Origin: the human T2T-CHM13v2.0 reference genome, Homo sapiens
Reading direction: 5' to 3' (one strand)
Length of the DNA: 64,000 nucleotides
NCBI RefSeq assembly: GCF_009914755.1
Contig: NC_060936.1
Part shown: positions 49,296 to 62,012 of the stretch, one piece after another
How positions within the stretch are numbered: position 1 is the stretch's first letter
How the letters are laid out: the number at the start of each line of letters is the position of its first letter
The notes under the pieces: model-generated
What the model was told of the DNA's origin: nothing
Databases searched by the model: none
The model's input: the letters and a program-made list of their open reading frames with translations, nothing else
Made by a program: the position numbers and the translations under genes

Positions 49296-51632
49296 GATGA
49301 GGATTTCAGTGTCCAGTGGATGGATTTAGCAAAAATGATGCCATTGGCAGTGATCTTGCCAAAAATAATTTCACAGGCGCAATAGAATGGATACAACATA
49401 AATATCCAAATGATGTGGTTCTATTTGGTTGGTTTAAGAAGATTGGCTCAATGGTTTAAAGTTAGTAGAAAGAATCCTGTATTTCATTACCAGCATATAA
49501 TCCCAACTCATCTATAGTTTAATGGATAGTGACTCTACAGCCTCTACCTTTTACTCAAAAACTACCTACTATGCATTAATTGTCCCTTCTGGTTCCAGAG
49601 GAGTGGCAGTGATGACCTCAGGCCAGAAACGAGCTGGGCCAAGGTTGTTCAGAAGATCAATTTATTTTCCAGGAATGTAGCTTACATATCATTGTGGATC
49701 TAAATGGTATAGATTGTATTTAGTTGTGAGTTGGCGATCTCTACTAGGAAGACATGTGTGTTATTTGATTATTTTATCCATTACCATACCATAAAATGGC
49801 CCATAATTTCTTCTATAAGCAGTTAGAGAATTTTTCTGGGGGGGCGGGGGTGGGTGTTTTGTTTTCTTCACATAAATAAGTAAACTCAGATAAATATTAG
49901 AAGAAACAAGGCAACAGGAAAAATGATCCTTAAGCCACATGTTTCAAAGATTGCCATGAAGTATTCAGTGACACTAAAGTAGTATATTACCAGCCTCAGT
50001 ACCCTAAGAAAAGTAGTAGCTTGTATATTGACATTATTATTAGATTTTGAGCGGGGAGAAAGGTCGCCTTCCAGGTAAGAACTGTCTTGGAGCTCATTGT
50101 TTAACTACAAATGAAGGGTTTCCAGCTCTGCAGTGCTCTTTAACTTTGTACCATTGGCAGGAGGCAAAATGATAATGGGTAATAGCAAAAAAGTCACTTT
50201 TTATATAGCAAGTGAGCTTGAGACTTTCAGTCCTGCAAATTAAGTTAAAATGAATGGCTTCTGAACAGCACATTGGGTGACAGGAAGTTTATAAATGTTA
50301 TGTCTCCTGAGATGTTCCAGTAATGGTAAGTTTGGGCAGAATAAGATTTTTCTACAACAGCCTCCTTAGAAAGACCAGCCATCTCCAGAGAGATTGGTTA
50401 ATAAGTCAGTTACCTGAGTGTTGAAAATGAAATAGAAAAGGTAGGGGAATCAAAAAGACTGAGAAGGAGAAAAATGTTAATTTAGCCAATTCAGTGCTTT
50501 TCCTACCAGATTGCTATTCAAGGCTGGCTGACCCGCTGCCTGTGGCTTCCCTCTCATTTCAATTTGCATGATGGCAGCCACAAACACAGGGTTTTGTGTT
50601 TTGGTTATGCAGAGCTGATACGGAGAAAATGGTGGATGTGAAGATCTAGGCTTGGTGCAGCAGAGGCTGGAGATGGTTTAGAGGGATGACCAGGTGGGCT
50701 GTTTGATTGGGCAGCCCAGTGTGTGGAATATAGTGGTGAGCTGTGGTCTAGCCTCATCCTGTCATTGCTTTTGCAGGTTTCAGTGGGAATCAAGGTAATG
50801 GTAAGTGGTAGATCTATATGTCATGATCTGAGAGTCATCCTAGCAAAAACATTTTTATTTTCTCATCTAAAAGTGCTCTCAGAGGAAACACAATTAATTG
50901 GCTTCTGAAATACCTTGACACTTTGCGGTCATTGGACAAATATGTAAGTTCAAGAATAGAATGTGCTTGGGTATATGAAGAAAGAGCATCTCCTTGAAAA
51001 GGCAGTGTTGCTTGCTAGAAGTTTTATTTTTTTCTCACCCTTGGAATAGGGTAAGTTTCTGAGGCAGCAGAAAGAGAGAGAGATGGAAGTCTCTTCAGAA
51101 TTCACAGGCCTCCAGCCCCGCAAGTCTCATGGTTTCATTTTATACACGTAATCCTACATACGTTTACACACATAGTTTTTCCGATTTTCCGGTAGCTCTA
51201 GAAGTTAATAGTGTTGTTGTTAAATAAATGAATGTATAAATTTTAATGTGAAATGATTTTTTGAAAATGCAGTAACATTTCCTCAGGAAAGCTTCATGAA
51301 GTATTCATTTTTCTATCACCACACTGTAAATCTATTTGCTAGTTATAATCATTTTAAGGTTTAGTTTGTTTGCTCTTTGGTTATTATTTTGACCGTGAGG
51401 GCAAGGAGGAGAGCATAACATCATTTTCACATCTCTTTTCCACCTTCTGCCCTCCTTTCTCTGCTCCCAATGCCATTACCCCAGTTCAAGCTTGCATCCT
51501 TCCTTGCTTGGACCATTGCAGTAGCCTCTTCCCAAGTGGACTCCTTACTCCAAATTTGACCCTCTGCAGATACTCCATGTGAACATGGTATGTGTGAGGG
51601 ATACAGCTGATCACAATTCCTTCCATGATTTT

Positions 51633-51845
51633 CTTTTTTTCCTTCTTTTTAAAAATGTGTATAAATTTAGGAGGTACAAGTACAGTTTGTTACATGAATA
51701 TATTGCCTAGTGGTGAAGTCTGAACTTTTAGTATAACCATCACCCAAATAGTTACATTGTACACATTAAGTGATATCTCAACCCTCACCCATCTCCCACC
51801 ATTCCACCATTCAGACTCTCCAAAATCTATTATCCCACACCCTAC
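51633..51845 (-). mobile_element. L1 3' end (L1PB4/L1MA1-3-like)
   Basis: gtacaagtacagtttgttacatgaatatattgcctagtggtgaagtctgaacttttagtataaccatcacccaaatag. Confidence 0.85.
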
Positions 51846-51931
51846 CCTCTATGATTTTCTTTGCTTAGAAGATAAAATCCAGACTCCATGCAAAGCCAGT
51901 CATAAATGGATCAATTTCTACCTCTCTAATC

Positions 51932-52131
51932 TAATGATTCTCAAGCAGGGTCAATTTTACTGTCCAGAAGACAGTAAACATTTGACAATGTCTGAAGATA
52001 TTTTTGATGATCACTTTGGAATGTGTGTGTGTGTGTGTTACTAGCATCTAGTGGGTGGAGGCCAGGGATGCTCTGAAGCTTCTACAATGCACAGGACAAA
52101 ATGTCAGTAGCGGTGAAGTTGAGAAGCCCTG
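51932..52131. mobile_element. MER20 (hAT-Charlie) with internal (TG)8
   Basis: acatttgacaatgtctgaagatatttttg...ctagcatctagtgggtggaggccagggatgct...gttgagaagccctg. Confidence 0.88.
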
Positions 52132-55100
52132 CTTTTATGTGAGCTGCTCCTTTCTCCAGTGCAACCTGGACTCCAATCACAGGCAACTATTTGCCCCTCC
52201 ATGAGCAGGCCATACTGCATTGCTTGCCCTTATCTTCACACATTCTGTTACCTTTCACTAGAATGCTTCTCTCCATTTTTACCATTTGGAGGTAAACTAA
52301 TATCATCCCTGGGCTTTCATAGCACCTTGGGGCTCTATTTAATTTGTGGTATGTTGTATGGTAATTTTTTGTTTTGTCTTTTTCCCCTTCTTCCCTACAA
52401 GGCAGAGCTATTCATGGTCAGGCATCATGTCTGGCATCTTTCTGTTTCCACCATCTGGTACAAATCCTGGCACAGAGTAAATGTTTGGCATGCCTGTCTG
52501 TTGGATACTTGGATAGATGCATGGATGAATAGAGTCTGTATTTAGAGCAGATGATAGTCAGTTGTCTGATATTGTTTATGATCCAGACTACTAATATTCC
52601 AACTTGGAAATGAATTCCTCTTTTGGTCCATACCTTTCAATGTTACCTTCTTGATTATTTTCTTTTGATTCGGACTTTGATGGCTGGCACGTTGAATGTG
52701 GTAGGTGAACAGTAACTACTTGTTAAAGGATTGCTGTCTAGGTTTAAACAGATGGTAGCATTGGATAACCTTAGAGTACTTCTCTTTAGGAAGGCAAGAA
52801 AGAGATATTTCTTTCATTCAAAATTGACCTCCTGGAGCCACCTTTTTCCTTTTATCTCTACTCCAGTGGTACTTCCCTCCCTGCCACTTCACCCACTATA
52901 GCTCAGCAAATGCTGACAGCTTGGGTGCAGAACTGAAGGCTCCTGGAGTGAAAAGGCCTGGAAGCCTCCCACAGATACAGCTGTCTTAATTCAGTTCACC
53001 CCACTCAAGTCTGGAACATTAAATCCCATCCCTGCTGTGCCAGTAATGGCATAGATTTATCTCTTTTTCAGGCTTCAACCTCTTCTTTGGGTTCTGTGCC
53101 CTTCAATTATGAATGCTGGTTAGTACACCCAGCTTCTACCCTGAAATCCCAAGTTGAGCTATTTTCTATCTTTACCCTTTCTTTTTGTCAACTGGAAGAG
53201 AATGGTCTATCCAATTTCTTCGGAATCTCCTTCCTTCCTCTGGCCTGAGACCTGGATCATTAGGGGAAGTAACTCCCTCTGGATCTGTATTAGGGCTCTT
53301 TTCCATTCACTTGCCCATTCTCCCTGTTCTCACCCCTTTCCCTCGGTTGCCGGCTGCTGAGAATCCCCAGTTTTGGACCCTTCTCCTTGTTTCCTGGCTC
53401 TTTCATTTTATTATAGATTCCGGTCCTCTTCTATCTGAACGATAATTATTTTCTTTCTTATCAAGTCTTCGGTTATTCTCCTGGACTCTTTCTTGTTCTT
53501 TGCCCTCATTTCTCTATAGGCACCTATTAGCACTTCCATCTCTGCCCTCTGAGTTTACCATGTCCTTTTTAGGCAATGGCAGTTTTTCACAGGCCTTTAA
53601 CTTGAGACTTCTACTTATTGTGCTTCCTGAGTAGCAGACGCTTGGTGGGCTTAATCTTCAAGTTTTATTGTGTCTAGGAAATGGGGTTGGATGAGGGGAG
53701 AAAGGGAGTATTTAAAGAAGAAAGAGGCAAGAGATCTTCATTTCACTCTTATCGGAAAAGGGCAAGGGTCACAGAGACAGGGATTTTTTTCTATTAAACT
53801 CCATTCTGAGTTTTGTAGAATTTCCTTTTCTTTCTTAGAGCCTTGATCTCTACTTCTACCCATAAGCAAAGCTTCAGTAATTTGTCTGTGGAATTTGAAA
53901 AGGCAAAACCAACCTCAGGAAGTTTGCTATTGGAACCTATTTGGTACTGGGCCTGGCATGATAAGAAGCATACACCTCCCCTCAGAGAGAGTCAGAGGGT
54001 AGAGTGAGTGTATTTCTGATCCGAGGCCAGCGTCCTTGGATCAGAAACAAACCAAGGCAGAAAAAAGTCAGCTTTAAGCAAGGACTCCAACCAGAAAGTT
54101 AACCTTCCTACAAATATAAAATAAAAACAAACAGCAACCAACCAACCAAAACCTTCTTTTTCCTTTGTCACAGGCAGACAGAAAATACAGATCACCGAGA
54201 GCTCAGAGAATAGGCAGGCAGGAAGTCCCCAGACGTCATGAACTGAGAGATAAACAATGTATTTTGGGACTTAGCACAGAAGGTAGGCAGCCAGCCTGTT
54301 ACAGAGGATATTGGAAGAAAACAAAGTGCCCTCAGCAATATGATTGATAATTAAAGTGGAGAAAGTGAACTCTGAAGTACATTAAGACAGATGTAATAAA
54401 AAGGCACTGATTAGAAATGCAGCTACTCCACTGTGGACCAGAGGGGAATAAGAATAAGGTGGTCAAGATGGAGGAAAAGGAGCAATTCGGGTACTATCAG
54501 AAGGCCAGTCCCCCACCCCAATGGCTAAGGGTTTTCAGCAAGTACTGCATAAAAAAGAACAACGTGTTTCTTTTAGAAACTTACCTCTCTTTCCTTTATA
54601 TTTGTGTGTGAGTAAAGTTTAGTTCATTCTCATGAACTAAACTTCATAATGCCTCAAATAACCTCATTTGGTTTTATTGCATTCAGGCAGCTGATCCTAT
54701 TTCAGCCAAGATTCTGGCAACTAGAATTGCAAGCCTTACTTCTTACAGAATGTTGCCCTAACCAAACTTCCCCATCCTCTGCTCTAGGTTCTTTTGTATA
54801 AAAGGTAAACCCTCTCTAAGCAGAACCCAATTAACCAGGACATTTTAATAGTCCCAGTTTCCACCACCACTCCTTGTAGTTTTGAAGATTTTGTAAAATT
54901 TTATCAGAAGATGGTCAAATATAAAGAACATAGATGGTGGTAGTATTGTGTACATGAAAGATCCTGAAAACTATTTATGATCAATGAATTAATATTCTGG
55001 GATTAGTGTAGAGTCAGTTCTATCTACTTTACATGGTTTAAATCAGTAGCTATGGAGACTCCTACTTGAAGTTTATTATAATAAGCTTGAAATAAAGAGC

Positions 55101-55249
55101 TTGGTCATCAAAGAAAGACACAGCTGTGTTCAGGATGATGAATGTATATAGGCTGGAATAGGATCTAGTAACACATCTTAGAAGGATATAAAACAAGAGT
55201 TGAAACAAAGGGTTCCAGAACATTCTGAATACATTTTTTAAAAACTGGG

Positions 55250-55790
55250 TTTTTTTTACATGAAAAATTTCAAACATACACAAAAATAGAGAGGATGATA
55301 TAATGATCTAGAGGTTCAATTAGACTCAAGTTCAATTTTTGAGGCAAGACTCTTTTCTGAGCAGAGTTTTGCAGTTCTCGTTGCTTTACGTCATGAGGCC
55401 AAAAGGTCTGGTTGTCCCATTTTAAGTGATGCTAAGATCAGTGAGTGGGTTCAGGTATGTCAGCCTTATCCCTGCATTATCAAGTTTCCATTCCTTTGAT
55501 GATTGCTGCCTAGATCCATTATTTCCTTCTTTAGGGGCTTGCAAAAGGTGATTTTTCTAGTTCTATCACTCTGCATTTATTAGTGGAAATTTTTCCATAA
55601 AGAAGAATTTCCCTCTTCAATGATTTGATTACTGTAAAACACAGGAAGTGTCACCGTAAAGTACATGAAGGGCAGGATAAATGCCTGATCTACTCTCTTC
55701 ATTTATCAGCCTTAAGAGTCCTCTGTTGGGGCCCCAGCCACTGGATTGGTGGCCACCTAACATGTAATGAGGGGTGTTGTTTTTAAACGA
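55250..55790 (-). mobile_element. L1MC4/5-like 3' region
   Basis: gaaaaatttcaaacatacacaaaaatagagag; tctggttgtcccattttaagtgatgctaagat; gggcaggataaatgcctgat. Confidence 0.7.
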
Positions 55791-56596
55791 TTTGCTAAGG
55801 TCACTGGTGAAATGCCTTTGTCCCCATCTAGAATTATATTAATTCCTTGACTATATGCAGCCCTCTTACTGCTTCACATACTTCCTGCGTCCGACTAGAA
55901 ACTAGTAAAAATTTTTAAGCAGAAGTGACAGTAGAGGCATTGAGTTGAAGGAAGAGTTATGGCTTTTGTGTTCATTCTTCAAGTATTCTGTGATTTGTGT
56001 TTAATACAAGGACCTCCCAGACCTGACATTGCAAGGGTAGGTTTAAATATAAATTCTAGATGTTGAGAGGTGATATATGACCTCCTCCTTCCCTTGCGGC
56101 AAGGCTATTGCAAGGATGTGCACATGCTTGTGATCTATGGACGGGAAAATGCCATGGCAGTAGTGTGTCTTTGCATTGGCCCTCATGTATCCTGGCAAGG
56201 ACATATTGGTGTTACCAGCATGTCCTATAAGGGATTTTAGGAAGTAAAAATGGAATGAATCTAGGATAGGCTTAACCTAAGGAATCATTGGCAGCACAGT
56301 TAGTACTTTATTTTGGGGGTATAGTGACATAGGGGGTGGGAAGACATTATTTAAAAGCAAAAATAATTTTAATTATTTCCTGTTTTCCCTCCTTTTTTAT
56401 TATCTTTTGGCTCTTCACTGGATTCAGTCTCATGACCAGAAAATGGAAGAAGTTAAAAGCTTATTGGATTGGCAAAAAAAAAATAAATAATAATAATAAC
56501 AAAAAAACCATGGTGAAGATTAATTCTGAGAAGCTGTTTAAACGGCAAACTTTTTGGGAAAATAAGGAAAGGCAATATCAAAAAGACCTTGGGTGA

Positions 56597-56782
56597 TCAT
56601 GTTGCCAGATAAAATACAGGAGGTTCAGCTAAAGTTGAATTTCAGATAACAATTAAGTTTTAGTAAAGTGTGTCTCAAGTATTGCATGGGACATACTTCT
56701 CCTAAAAATTATTTGTTGTTTATCTGAAATTCAAATTTAACTGGATGTCTTGTACATTTATTTGCTAAACCTGGTAGATCTA
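56597..56782. mobile_element. MER53 (palindromic hAT-type MITE)
   Basis: gttgccagataaaatacagg...gaatttcagataac...gcatgggacatactt...gttgtttatctgaaattcaaatttaactgg...tgctaaacctgg; TSD-like cttgggtg/cttgggag. Confidence 0.9.
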
Positions 56783-57619
56783 CTTGGAGGACTCAGAACA
56801 ATCTGAGAGTTGTTTGCAGTGCTGTGTGCTGGGCCCGAGGACTTCACATTATTTCAGAAAATCTCAGGAGCGTGCTAGTGAGGACCATGAATATTCCTCT
56901 ACAATGTGCTGATATTCATCAGAGCAAAGCCTGCTGTTCTCTAATACATATACATTTTAATGGCTCTCTTTACTCTATAAAAGTGAATTTCAATAGGCAT
57001 AGAGTTTTGTAGGAGTCTGAAAACCCCTGACAATCAATGTTTCTCCCTATATGAGGTCATAGCCTGGGAACAATGAAATGCTAGGAGCTGGGGCAGTTGT
57101 CTTTACATTTAACCTGGTAAAATGGATGTTAAATAAAGTTTTGTTTAACTTGTTCAGATATCCAGAGAAGAGGCCAGTGTAAAACTTGCATTTTTCATGC
57201 CCTGGTTATAGAACTGGAGCAATTTAATAAGATGTATCTCTTTGTTTTAAATGTTGTTGCGTGAAATAGATCACACCAAAGCCTATGTTTCTGGTGATTC
57301 CTGAGAAATTTGTACCTGGAATTTCTCTGTACTTCTGGTATGAAGATTATCAGGAAAGCCTAGAGGTGTCCTTCTCCAACTGGTTTATAGAACGTGTTGT
57401 TCTGTTGCTTTTTATAGTGTATATAAGCCTCAAACAGAAAGAGAGAGATGGCTGCCAAACTATATTTATGCGATATTGAATAATCTTCAGGGAAGGGTCT
57501 TTCTTGCGGTATGAAGGACTAAAATTTTATGCAATTAAATGTGCAGAACTTTATGGCTTTATTCATTCCATATTCCCTTTCTCCTTTTGCAAACTATACT
57601 TCCTTTATTTCAATGTTGT

Positions 57620-57850
57620 GCATTCATAGGAGCTGCCAGTTTTATAAAATATGTCCATGCTCACAGCTTTATTTGATTGGTTCAGGGATGGTTATTTGAT
57701 ACAAACTGGGCCAATCATAATACAGCTGTGTGTGTAACCCTTTCTGAGATGTCTCCAGATTCTTCTTCCCAAATCAATGAACTCCTTTTTTTCCCCAAGC
57801 CAAAAAGTTCAAGTGTTATTTCTAAGATCTGCAACCAAGAATTCCAACAA
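57620..57850 (+). mobile_element. Old MaLR (MLT1) LTR fragment
   Basis: tgattggttcagggatgg...actgggccaatca...tgcaaccaagaattc. Confidence 0.45.
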
Positions 57851-58410
57851 ATAAAACCCAGAACTAAATTTTTACAAACTATAATACATAAATTTTCAGA
57901 TGGCTTTTTTAAAAAAACAACAAGTTAAAACCCAACAGGCTACTCTTGAAATGTTAGTATTTATTCTTAACACTGCCTCTACAATGCTTTTTAAAGTTAT
58001 TCTTTTGAAATTCTTTTTTCTTTCAATGAATAATTATATTTCATTATTGATACCACTGTTGTCACACTTAATTTATATTGTTTTGTGTCACAATTATTTT
58101 TACTCACCTCTTTCTCCTGTTCTTGAAAGCAGGGACCAAACTTTACCTCATTTTAGTGGCCCTTGCAATATCTACATGGTAAGTAAAAAATAGTATTTCT
58201 GAAATAAGTAATTAAGTATTTTCTTGGTTCTTTGTTCTTAATGGAGTACGGCATAATAAAAGTTGGGGTTGTTATACATCAAAGAGAAGCTATTTACAAT
58301 AAAAAAATTTATTTGATTACTTAGAGATATACACATATTTGTGCAAATGGTATATTACACACAAAATAGAAAAGCACAGCATTGAAGATCTAATTTAAAT
58401 AATAGTGGAA

Positions 58411-58560
58411 AATAAGCGTGTGAGATAATATATATGTTAATTAGCTTGACTTAGCCATTCCACAATGTATACATATTTCAAAACATCATGTTGTATACCA
58501 TACATATATGCAATCTGTATTTGTCAGTTAAAAAAATAAACAATTAAAAATGTAAAAAAC
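58411..58560 (+). mobile_element. L1MA 3' end
   Basis: gtgagataatatatatgttaattagcttgacttagccattccacaatgtatacatatttcaaaacatcatgttgta. Confidence 0.85.
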
Positions 58561-59349
58561 AAAGCAGTGTGGGATGATGTGGCTGGCTTGGGGAGAAAGA
58601 GAGTTTTGTTGGTGGAGGTTCTCTGTGTGCTCTGAGAAGATCAGCTTCCATCAGTGTCAAATGTGGGAGAGGACTTCTAAATTGTCATGGACAATTGGAG
58701 ACATTGAAAAGGATTCTCAGTCACATCCTTGAGTTACTTCTGGGAGGAACCAGATGCAGATCCATCCATGAAGTTATGTTGTGGAAGGGACTGGGATTCC
58801 TTGAGGGAACCACACTGAGGGAGGCACATGAGGGACTCAGAGTGAAATCACATCAGGGAGACATCTGGAGGTTGGCCAAAGTGCACTGACTAGGATCATT
58901 GCTCGGAGAGAGTGGTGGTTCTGGGTACAATACCTTGTACCTAACCCAAGCCTCTGGAGAGCCGTGTGTTCTTGAATCTAGGAAAGAATCATGTCACTGA
59001 GGACCCGTGAACTCTGCTGTGGGAAAGCCCTGAAGGCAGCTTTTTATAGGAAGTGAAAGGACCTATTTTCTTGGCCAGAGATGAACACCAGGTGGTGGCC
59101 CTCCTAAGGAGAGCAGCAGAGGCGGTGGCAGTCAAGGGAGAGGTGCTGTGGGGATAAGGACAGCTAGGTGATGAGAAGAGGAGCTGGGGAACTCAGTTCT
59201 ATGGCCACCTTCCTGTTCACCCTCCTCTTCCCTCCACCCAGAATCAAAGAGGGGATCACTAGGGGAGGCATTCCTGGGAAGTCTAGTCTTACTGATAATC
59301 AAGCCAGCGAGAACTTATAGCTTAGTATTATGGTACACATGTGATAGTA

Positions 59350-60854
59350 CAGTCATGTTGCTGCATCATATTTCAGTCAATGACAGACTGCATATACCGT
59401 AGTGGTCCCATAAGATTATAATGGAGCTGTATTAGGCTGTTCTTGCATTGCTATAAAGAAATACCTGAGACTGGGCAATTGATAAAGAAAAGAGGTTTAA
59501 TTGGTTCTGCAGGCTGTACAAGCATGGCACCCACATCTGCTTGGCTTCTGCGGAAGCCTCAGGGAGCTTTTAATCATGGTGGAAGGTGAAGCAGGAGCAG
59601 GCATGTCACATGGTGAAAGCAGGAGAGACTTATGAACAACCAGATCTCTTGAGAACTTGTGAACAACCAGATCTCTTGAGAACACACTCACTATCACGAG
59701 GATAGCACCAGCCCATGAGAAATCTGCCCCCATGACCCAATCACCTCCCACCTGGCACCACCTCCACCACTGGGGATTACATTTCAACATGAGGTTTGGG
59801 TGGGGACAAATATCCAAACTATATTATGAGCTAAAAAATTCCTATTGTCTAGTTGCATAATAGCCATTGAAAGGTCATAGCACAATGCATTACTCATGTG
59901 CTTATGATGCTGCTGGTGTAAACAAACATATGGCACTGCCAGTTGTGCAAAAGTAGAGCGCACACTATTGTGTATAGTGCATGATACTTGGTAATGATAA
60001 TAAACAATTATGTTACTAGTTTATGTATTTACTATGCTACAGTTTCAATCATTATTTTAGAGTGTACGCCTTCTACTTATAAAAAGGAAAAGTTAATCTG
60101 TAAAGCAGTTTCAGGCAGGTCCTTCAGGAGGTATTCCAGCTGCAGGCATTGTTGTCATAGGAGATAACAGCTCCATGTGTTTTATTGCCCCTGAAGATCT
60201 TCCAGAGGGACAAGATGTGGAGGTGGAAGACAGTGATATTGATGATCCTCTGTGTAGGCTTAGGCTAATGTGTGTGTTTGTGTCTTAGTTTTTAATAAAA
60301 AAGTTGAAAAAGTTAAAAAAAATTTCAAATAGTGACAAGCTTATAGAACAAGAAAGAAAATATTTTTGTACAGCTGTACAATGTGCTTATTTTAAGCTTG
60401 GGTTATTATGAGTCAAAAAGTTAAAAATTAAAAAGTTTATAAAGTAGAAGTTACAGTAAGCTAAGATTAATGTATTACTGAAGAAAGAATTTTTAAAAAT
60501 AAATTTAGTGCAGCCGAAGTGTACAGTGTTTATAAACTCACCACTTATTCACCCAGAGCAACTGCCAGTCCTGCAAGCTCAATTCATGGTAAGTGTCCTA
60601 TACAGGTGTACCATTTTTTATCTTTTATATTATGTTGTGTTTTACTATACCTTTTTTATGTTTGGATATGTTTAGATACACAAATACTTACCATCATGTT
60701 ACAGCTGCCTACAGTATTGCTAACAGATTTGTAGCCTAGAAGCAATAGGCTATGCCGTATAGCCTATTGTGTAAGCACACTCTGTGATGTTCACACAGTG
60801 ACAAAATTGCCTAACAACACATTTGAATCTCTATCATAAAGCAATATGTGACTG
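59350..60854. mobile_element. Tigger3b (Golem)-like, near full length, TA TSD, with a nested MST LTR
   Basis: TA|CAGTCATG...GTGACTG|TA ends; gtggtcccataagattataatggagc; caggcaggtccttcaggaggtattccag. Confidence 0.88.
59428..59826 (-). mobile_element. MaLR MSTA/MSTB-type solo LTR; 5-bp TSD GGAGC/TGAGC
   Basis: tgtattaggctgttcttgcattgctataaagaaatacctgagactggg...gggacaaatatccaaactatatta. Confidence 0.92.
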
Positions 60855-61019
60855 TATATATAACATATATAGTCTTAAAGTATACAATATTATAGCATAT
60901 AGTATTACTGTATCTAGTGTTATAGTATTACAGTAAATATACATAGCATTATAAGAACATGACACATTTATATATACTTGGATGAGGTCAAAGGATATTA
61001 GGGTGGCATGCTTATGAAC

Positions 61020-61800
61020 CATTTGTTTCAACATGTCTGATTATGTAACAGCTCATTCTAATTTTTCACTGTCATCAATAATAGGACTGTGAATTCCTTG
61101 CATATTAATCTGTGTCTATATCTCTGATTATGTCCTTAGGATAAATTCCTGGAAGTATAATTAAATCCAAGAGTATAAATAATATTACAGGTCTTGAGGC
61201 CCATTGCCAAATTGCCTTCTAGGAAGGGTGTACTAATTTATGTTCCAACCCATAGTGTATAACAATTCCTACCTCAGTGATAACATTATGAGCTTTGAGT
61301 GTTATCATGTATTAGTTCATTCTCACACTGCTATGAAGAAATACCTTAGACTGGGTAATTTATAAAAAAAGAGGTTTAATTCGTTCATGGTTCTGCAGGC
61401 TGTACAGGAAACATGGCTGGGGAGGCCTCAGGAGACTTTCCATCATGGCGGAAGGCGAAGGGGAAGCAGGCACATCTTACATGGCTAGAGCAGGAGGAAG
61501 AGAGAGACGGGGGCGGTGCTACACATTTTAAACAACCAGATCTCATGATAACTCACTCACTGTCACGAGAACAGCACCAAAGGAGAATTCCACCCCCATG
61601 ATCAAGTCACTTCCCACCAGGCCCCACCGCCAACACCGGGATAACAATTTGACATGAGATTTGGGTGGGGACACAGACCCAAACCATATCATCACTAAGA
61701 TGAAAATCTTAGTACAGGTGAAAAATGGGTATATTCTGGGTTTTCCAAATGCTTTTTACTCTATTAATATGATGTATCATATTAATATTTCTTTTATTGC
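61020..61800 (-). mobile_element. L1ME-type fragment split by MSTA
   Basis: tccttaggataaattcctggaagt...ttgccaaattgccttctaggaagggtgtactaatttatgttcc. Confidence 0.65.
61308..61691 (-). mobile_element. MSTA solo LTR
   Basis: tgtattagttcattctcacactgctatgaagaaatacc...gagatttgggtggggacacagacccaaaccatatca. Confidence 0.92.
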
Positions 61801-62012
61801 ACTCCTTTGATAAACACCATTTGTGCTAGAAGTGTTTTTAAAAATAACAAGTTGATTTCCTTTTTATAAAAGAAATACATTTAAGGTGGAAGGTACAAGC
61901 AAGCAAAGAGGAGAAAATAAAGATTACTTGTAATCCTACCTACTGGAGATAACCACCATAGAAGCTTATGTGTACATATGTTTAATCTTTTTTTTTTTTA
62001 ATGAGTACATTT

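Larger units (their letters stand above)
51420..52540 (+). mobile_element. L2 fragment interrupted by L1 and MER20
   Basis: tggaccattgcagtagcctc...; gcttagaagataaaatccagactcc; 3' end ctggcacagagtaaatg...gatgcatggatgaat. Confidence 0.65.
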
